From assembly GCA_039545335.1 (NCBI GenBank), contig BCIN01000011.1, positions 124,001-188,000 of the forward strand: a stretch of 64,000 nt of DNA, given 5' to 3'. This document shows, in pieces, positions 58,419 through 64,000 of the stretch. Position numbers and translations under genes: made by a program. Position 1 is the stretch's first letter; every line of letters starts with the position of its first letter. Source of the stretch: Kondoa subrosea (Eukaryota). Below the pieces are notes generated by a model. The model had not been told where the DNA came from, ran no database searches, and worked only from the letters and a program-made list of their open reading frames with translations.

Positions 58419-59192
58419 ATTGTTGATTCAGAGCTCGAGTAGTACAATATGGAAAGCGGCAGGATGCTAGCCAAGATTGCTCGATTTGGATGCGAGCCCC
58501 TCGGATTTGAGTAGAAACTCGATGGATTTGATGGAGCTCCGGTTGCTTTTTCCTAATCTCTGCAAAGTGCTGCTGGCTAGTTAGTTAGCTCTTTTCCGCG
58601 TTGACGAGCAAGATCAACAGTATTCATTCGAAGAATGAAAAGAGAGACAAAGGGAAATTGGAGTACAGCGTTCAGGAAATTAGCTCAGCTTAAGGGCTAG
58701 ATATTCACTGTTCAAGCAGGCCTAGAGCCTGTACAGAGCCACAGAGAAGCAAAAACAAAACAAAGGGGAATGAAAGCGACAAGCCAGAGATATTTTGGCA
58801 GGTCTTGTCTTCTTCTGCTGCCATCTACGTTACTGAGCGGTATGAAGGCATGGCGATACGAGCGACTAAAGCATATGCGGCCGCAACAGTCTATACAGAG
58901 CAAATTGCAAGGGATAGGAAAGCTTGCAAAGAACGGAATCTAGGGGCAATAGAGAGCATTGGAGAGACTGAATACCACAAACACCAACATCATGGTTTCA
59001 AACAAGAACTCGATGGATTGAAATTCGGCAGGGGTTGGCCACAAACCGTTTTCAGCAGCGACACTTCCCGAGCTGTCTGTCTACCCTTATATACACCTTA
59101 GGCTCCTCTATATACCACCTCAGCAGCGAGAAGAGCTGAGCTGCAGGGCCTAATCGAGTGTTTGACTTTTTTGCATTGTATCTCTCTTCAAC

Positions 59193-62100
59193 ATGGCTAC
59201 CTTAGAGGAAAGGAAGCGGAATGCTGAAAAAGGCTACCAATATGGGTCAGTGATACATACTCATAGCGTCGAGGTTGTGCTCATTCGGTTTATACAGTGC
59301 CATGTCTTCTCTGGTCACTACAGCTGATCGATCTGCTATTCCAAGACGAACAGATGAGGCAGGAGGGGAATTGGAGTCTCTAGTAGGAAAGATTGATCCG
59401 AAAGACATGGGTTCAAGGGTTGCAAGAGCAGCACCTACAAAGAAAGCAGAAACCAAAATGACTGCTGCTGAACGCGAAGAACAAAAAGCTACTGCTTCTG
59501 CTAGTCGAGCCAGTCGGCAATCTCATAAAGACGTTATTGCAGCAACCGATGAGCTGGAAGGGTTGAGGTATAGACCTAGAACAGCTGAAAACCGTCAAGT
59601 CTTTGAACTCATGCTTTCCCTCGTTCACTCTACTCTCGGTGATCAACCTCAAGATGTTATTCGTTCAGCTACCGATATCGTTCTTGAATTCTTGAAAGAC
59701 GAAGAGGATCTCAAGAAAGATCTAGACAAGAAAAGAGAAATTGAAGGCGTTCTAGGCGTAACTCTCGATTCTCAAACTTTCACAGAGCTTATCAGTTTGG
59801 GCAAGAAGATTACTGACTATGCGGAGGAAGAGCAAGGTCAAGGTCAAAATCCAGATGAAGAAAAGGCAGAAGGTGAAATCGATGATGATGTTGGAGTGGC
59901 AGTCGTTTTCGAGGATGATGAAGATGAGGACGCTCAAGGCGGAGAAGACGATGAAGACGAAGTCGGCGGCTTTGAAGTTCGAGGCGAATCGGATGACGAA
60001 GAAGAACAGATAGAAGCTCAACCTGAAATCAAGGATGACAATGTAGACGAAAGTGTCATGATTGGTGGTGCTTCGTCTAACAAGAAGAAGTCATCTCAGC
60101 TTACTGCACGCGATATCGATGGTTTCTGGCTTCAACGCCTGATCGCTTCCGTTTACCCTGATCCTCATGAAGCAACATCCAAAACTTCAGATGCTCTTAC
60201 TCTTCTCAGCTCGGAAAGCAATGCTCGTGATCTGGAAAACTCTTTGATGGACCTTTTTGACTACAACCACTTCGAAATCACCAAGCAACTTGTATCGAAT
60301 CGGGAACGCATTGTTTGGTGCACTAGACTGGCAAGAGCGAGTGAGGCCGAACGAATGGATGTCGAAGTCGCCATGCGCGAAAAGGGTGTTGGCTACATTC
60401 TGAAAGAACTCTCTACTACCGTCCCTGCATCGAAAGGTGCAGCAGGAATGGATGTGGATGAAGTCGACACAGCACCGAAGAAAGCAAATCTCGCTCCTGG
60501 TTCTCTTGTCCAACCTCGAAACACCGTCGACTTAGATAGCATGATCTTTACTGCTGGAGCTCGTCTTATGTCAAACAAGAAATGCAAGCTTCCAGAAGGA
60601 TCTTTCAAGCGAACGAAGAAGTCTTATGAGGAAATTCATGTTCCAGCTCCACCTAAACCAGCTTTGACGGATAAGAGAGTACCGATTACAAATCTGCCAG
60701 AATGGTCAAGAGTCGCTTTTCAAGGTCAGACAAGTCTCAATCCGGTACAAAGTCGACTGTATCCTGTTGCTTTCCACCATGAAACTCCTGAAGAGACGGA
60801 CGAACCTTTGCTGCTCTGCGCGCCAACCGGCGCAGGAAAGGTCAGTACATGATTCGGCTGTATTCAGCTGTCGCTAAAGCTGATTCTACCCTTTTTGACA
60901 GACCAATGTTGCGATGTTGTGCATTTTGAACGAAATTGGCAAGCATCGCGACCCCGACACCGGCGCCATTGATCTAGACAGCTTCAAAATTGTCTATGTT
61001 GCTCCGATGAAAGCTTTAGTAGCCGAAATGGTTGGATCCTTCGGCAAACGTCTCGAAGCTCTCAACATTACCGTGTCTGAACTCACTGGTGACCGTCAGC
61101 TCACTAAAGAACAGATTGCTTCTACTCAAATCATTGTCACTACTCCCGAGAAATGGGACGTCATCACTCGCAAAGCTACCGATACAAGCTACACCAATTT
61201 GGTTCGACTAATCATCATTGACGAAATTCACTTGCTTCACGATGATCGTGGTCCAGTCGTAGAATCGCTTGTCGCAAGAACTATCCGACGAATGGAGCAA
61301 ACTCAAGATTACGTTCGTCTTGTCGGTCTTTCAGCTACTCTACCCAATTACGCGGATGTCGCTCGTTTCCTTCGCGTTGACCCGAAGAAAGGTCTCTTCC
61401 ACTTCGATGCTTCTTTCCGTCCTTGTCCTCTGCGACAGCAATTTGTTGGTGTGACTGAGAAGCGCGCTATCATGCGTCATCAAGTCATGAATGAAGTTTG
61501 CTACGAGAAAGTATTGGAACAAGCTACCAACCAGAACCAATGTCTTGTTTTCGTCCATTCACGAAAGGAAACAGCGAAAACTGCTCAATTTTTGCGTGAC
61601 AAGGCTTTGGAGCTTGAAACCATTACCAGCTTCATTCGACCTGATTCAGCAAGTCGGATGATCCTGCAAGACGAAGCTTCGCAATGCAAAGATGCCGCAT
61701 TGAAAGATATGCTGCCTTTCGGTTTTGCTATTCACCATGCTGGTATGACTCGTGAAGACAGAACAACAGTAGAAGATCTGTTCGCCGACGGTCACATTCA
61801 AGTCTTGGTCTCAACTGCTACTTTAGCTTGGGGTGTCAATTTGCCTGCTCATGCGGTCATCATTAAGGGAACACAGATTTACAACCCTGAAAAGGGACGT
61901 TGGGTTGAGCTGAGTCCACAAGGTGCGCGATTCCATGCCGTCGGAGACGAATACTCATTTGCTGTGCAGATGTTTTGCAAATGATTGGTCGTGCTGGTCG
62001 ACCACAATATGATACTTTCGGAGAAAGTGTCATCATCACCAACCATTCCGAATTGCAATACTTCCTCTCCATGCTGAATCAGCAGCTACCAATCGAATCT

Positions 62101-64000
62101 CAATTGGTCAAGAAACTGCCTGATAATATGAATGCCGAGATCGTTCTGGGCAACATTCGAAACCGGGATGAAGCAGGTGAGAAGATTTCTGCTTTGCTAA
62201 ACATCGCTGAACCCAGAATGATTGTTACAGCTGCATGGCTTGGGTATTCATACTGGTTCCAACGTGCTCTCAACTCGCCTGTTCTCTACGGCATTTCTTC
62301 AGACTACAAAGACGATGATGCCTCGCTTTTACAAAAGGTTGGAGCAAGCTATTGTCATTTAGCTTACGACTGATCATTGCCTTTAGCGTGCGGATATTGC
62401 TCATACTGCCGCCGTTGTGCTCGAAAAGAGCGGTCTGGTCAAGTATGACAGAAAGACTGGTGTCTTGCAGAGTACTGAACTTGGTCGAATCTCTTCTTAC
62501 TACTTTATCACATACCAATCGATGCAAGAATACAACAAGCATCTACGCCCCTCTATTGGTCTATTGGAGCTGTTCCGCATCTTCAGTTTGAGCGAAGAAT
62601 TCAAATTCGTTCCAGTCCGACAAGAGGAAAAACAAGAGCTCGCCAAGCTACTTGGTAGGCAATCTCAGTCTATAGCAGGCCAGGCTGATAACCTTGCTAG
62701 ATCGAGTTCCTATTCCGGTCAAGGAGAACATCGATGACCCTTCAGCCAAGATTAATGTGCTCCTTCAAGCCTACATCTCACAATTGAAGCTCGATGGCTT
62801 TGCGCTGGTGGCAGACATGGTCTATGTGACTCAAAGTGCTGGTCGTATTTTGCGAGCCATCTTTGAAATCTGCCTCAAGCGAGGTTGGGCTGCACTCACC
62901 CTGAAATGTCTGGATCTATGCAAGATGGTCGACAAACGCATGTGGTCTACTATGTCACCTCTCCGTCAGTTCAAAGGCATTCCAGTCGACATTGTCCGTC
63001 GCGCTGAACGCAAAGAATATCCTTGGTATCGCTATTTCTATCTTGAACCTCCTGAATTGGGCGAATTACTTGGTCTACCGAAAGCAGGCAAGCTCACTCA
63101 CAAACTTGTACATCAATTTCCTCTTCTCCTTCTTTCTGCTCACGTTCAGCCTATCACCCGCTCGATGCTTAAGATCGAGCTCACAATCACACCTGATTTC
63201 GAGTGGGACGAAAAGGTTCATGGCTCGACAGAACAGTTCTGGATCATCGTAGAAGATGTCGATGGCGAAATGGTCCTCTTCCACGAGCAATTCATGCTTC
63301 GTCAACGCTTCGCAACGGATGATCACTATGTCACCTTCACTGTACCTATTCTTGAGCCCACACCACCCAATTACTTCATTACCGTAGTCTCCGATAGATG
63401 GCTACACTCTATTACTCGTCTTCCTGTCTCTTTCAAAAATCTGATCCTTCCAGCTAAATTCCCTCCTCCAACCAATCTTCTCGATCTTCAGCCTTTGCCG
63501 GTATCAGCGCTACATAACAGATCGTATGAACAAATTTATGCTGATTCGGTCAACTCCTTCAACAAGATCCAAACCCAAGTCTTCCAGGCTCTATATACAA
63601 CCAATGACAATGTCCTCCTTTGCGCACCAACTGGAAGTGGGAAGACTATTGCGGCTGAATTTGCTCTTCTGCGCCTGTGGGCAAACAACGGTGGTCGTTG
63701 CGTATGCATTGAACCCTACCAAGAGCTTGTAGATGCACGAGTAGCAGAATGGTCAGCTAAATTTAAGACTCTGCAAGGCGGCAAAATTATCGAAGCTCTA
63801 ACTGGAGAAACAACAAATGACTTGCGCTTGCTCAACAAGTCGGACGTGATTGTTTGCACACCGACTCAATGGGATCTAATTTCCCGCAGATGGAAACAGC
63901 GCAAGGCTGTTCAAGAGCTCGGTCTGATCATTGCGGATGAAATTCATCTGGTTGGCAGCGGCATCGGTCCAACTTATGAAGTCGTGATGTCGCGAGCTAG
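59193..64000 (+). CDS. BRR2: U5 snRNP 200 kDa Ski2-like RNA helicase Brr2; runs off the window end
   Basis: [22 protein letters not shown] (PWI), [45 protein letters not shown], Sec63 domain, and a second cassette CAPTGSGKT...ADEIH. Confidence 0.98.

Overview
Compact, intron-rich fungal genomic DNA with introns of about 45-70 nt. It is a basidiomycete, and probably Pucciniomycotina, but that finer placement is inference. I could splice about 25 genes by hand. Core genes: casein kinase I, TTC1, Rsc9, a Scc4/MAU2-like protein, gamma-COP, Vps68, AspRS, mitochondrial ACP, RPL34 and Brr2. Other genes: beta-flanking protein, a BVMO, an MFS transporter, PMI, ketopantoate reductase, a CRAL-TRIO protein, two CAP proteins, a secreted beta-helix protein and a tandem Nudix pair. 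The most notable observations are: (1) two strongly diverged, convergent SMC6 paralogues about 10.5 kb apart, with reciprocal intron differences, one of which carries four frameshifts, a nonsense codon and a Walker A G>D change; (2) an apparently obligatory 2-nt microexon in a bacterial-type aldehyde dehydrogenase, plus many other microexons and GC donors / AAG acceptors; (3) an AspRS with a presequence-like N-terminus and a C-terminus that may be of ErdS type but has no DUF2156; (4) a CAP protein fused to a CPL1-like Cys-rich module. I saw no tRNA, rRNA, transposon or CRISPR array. All gene models are manual and family calls come from motif recognition, not database searches.
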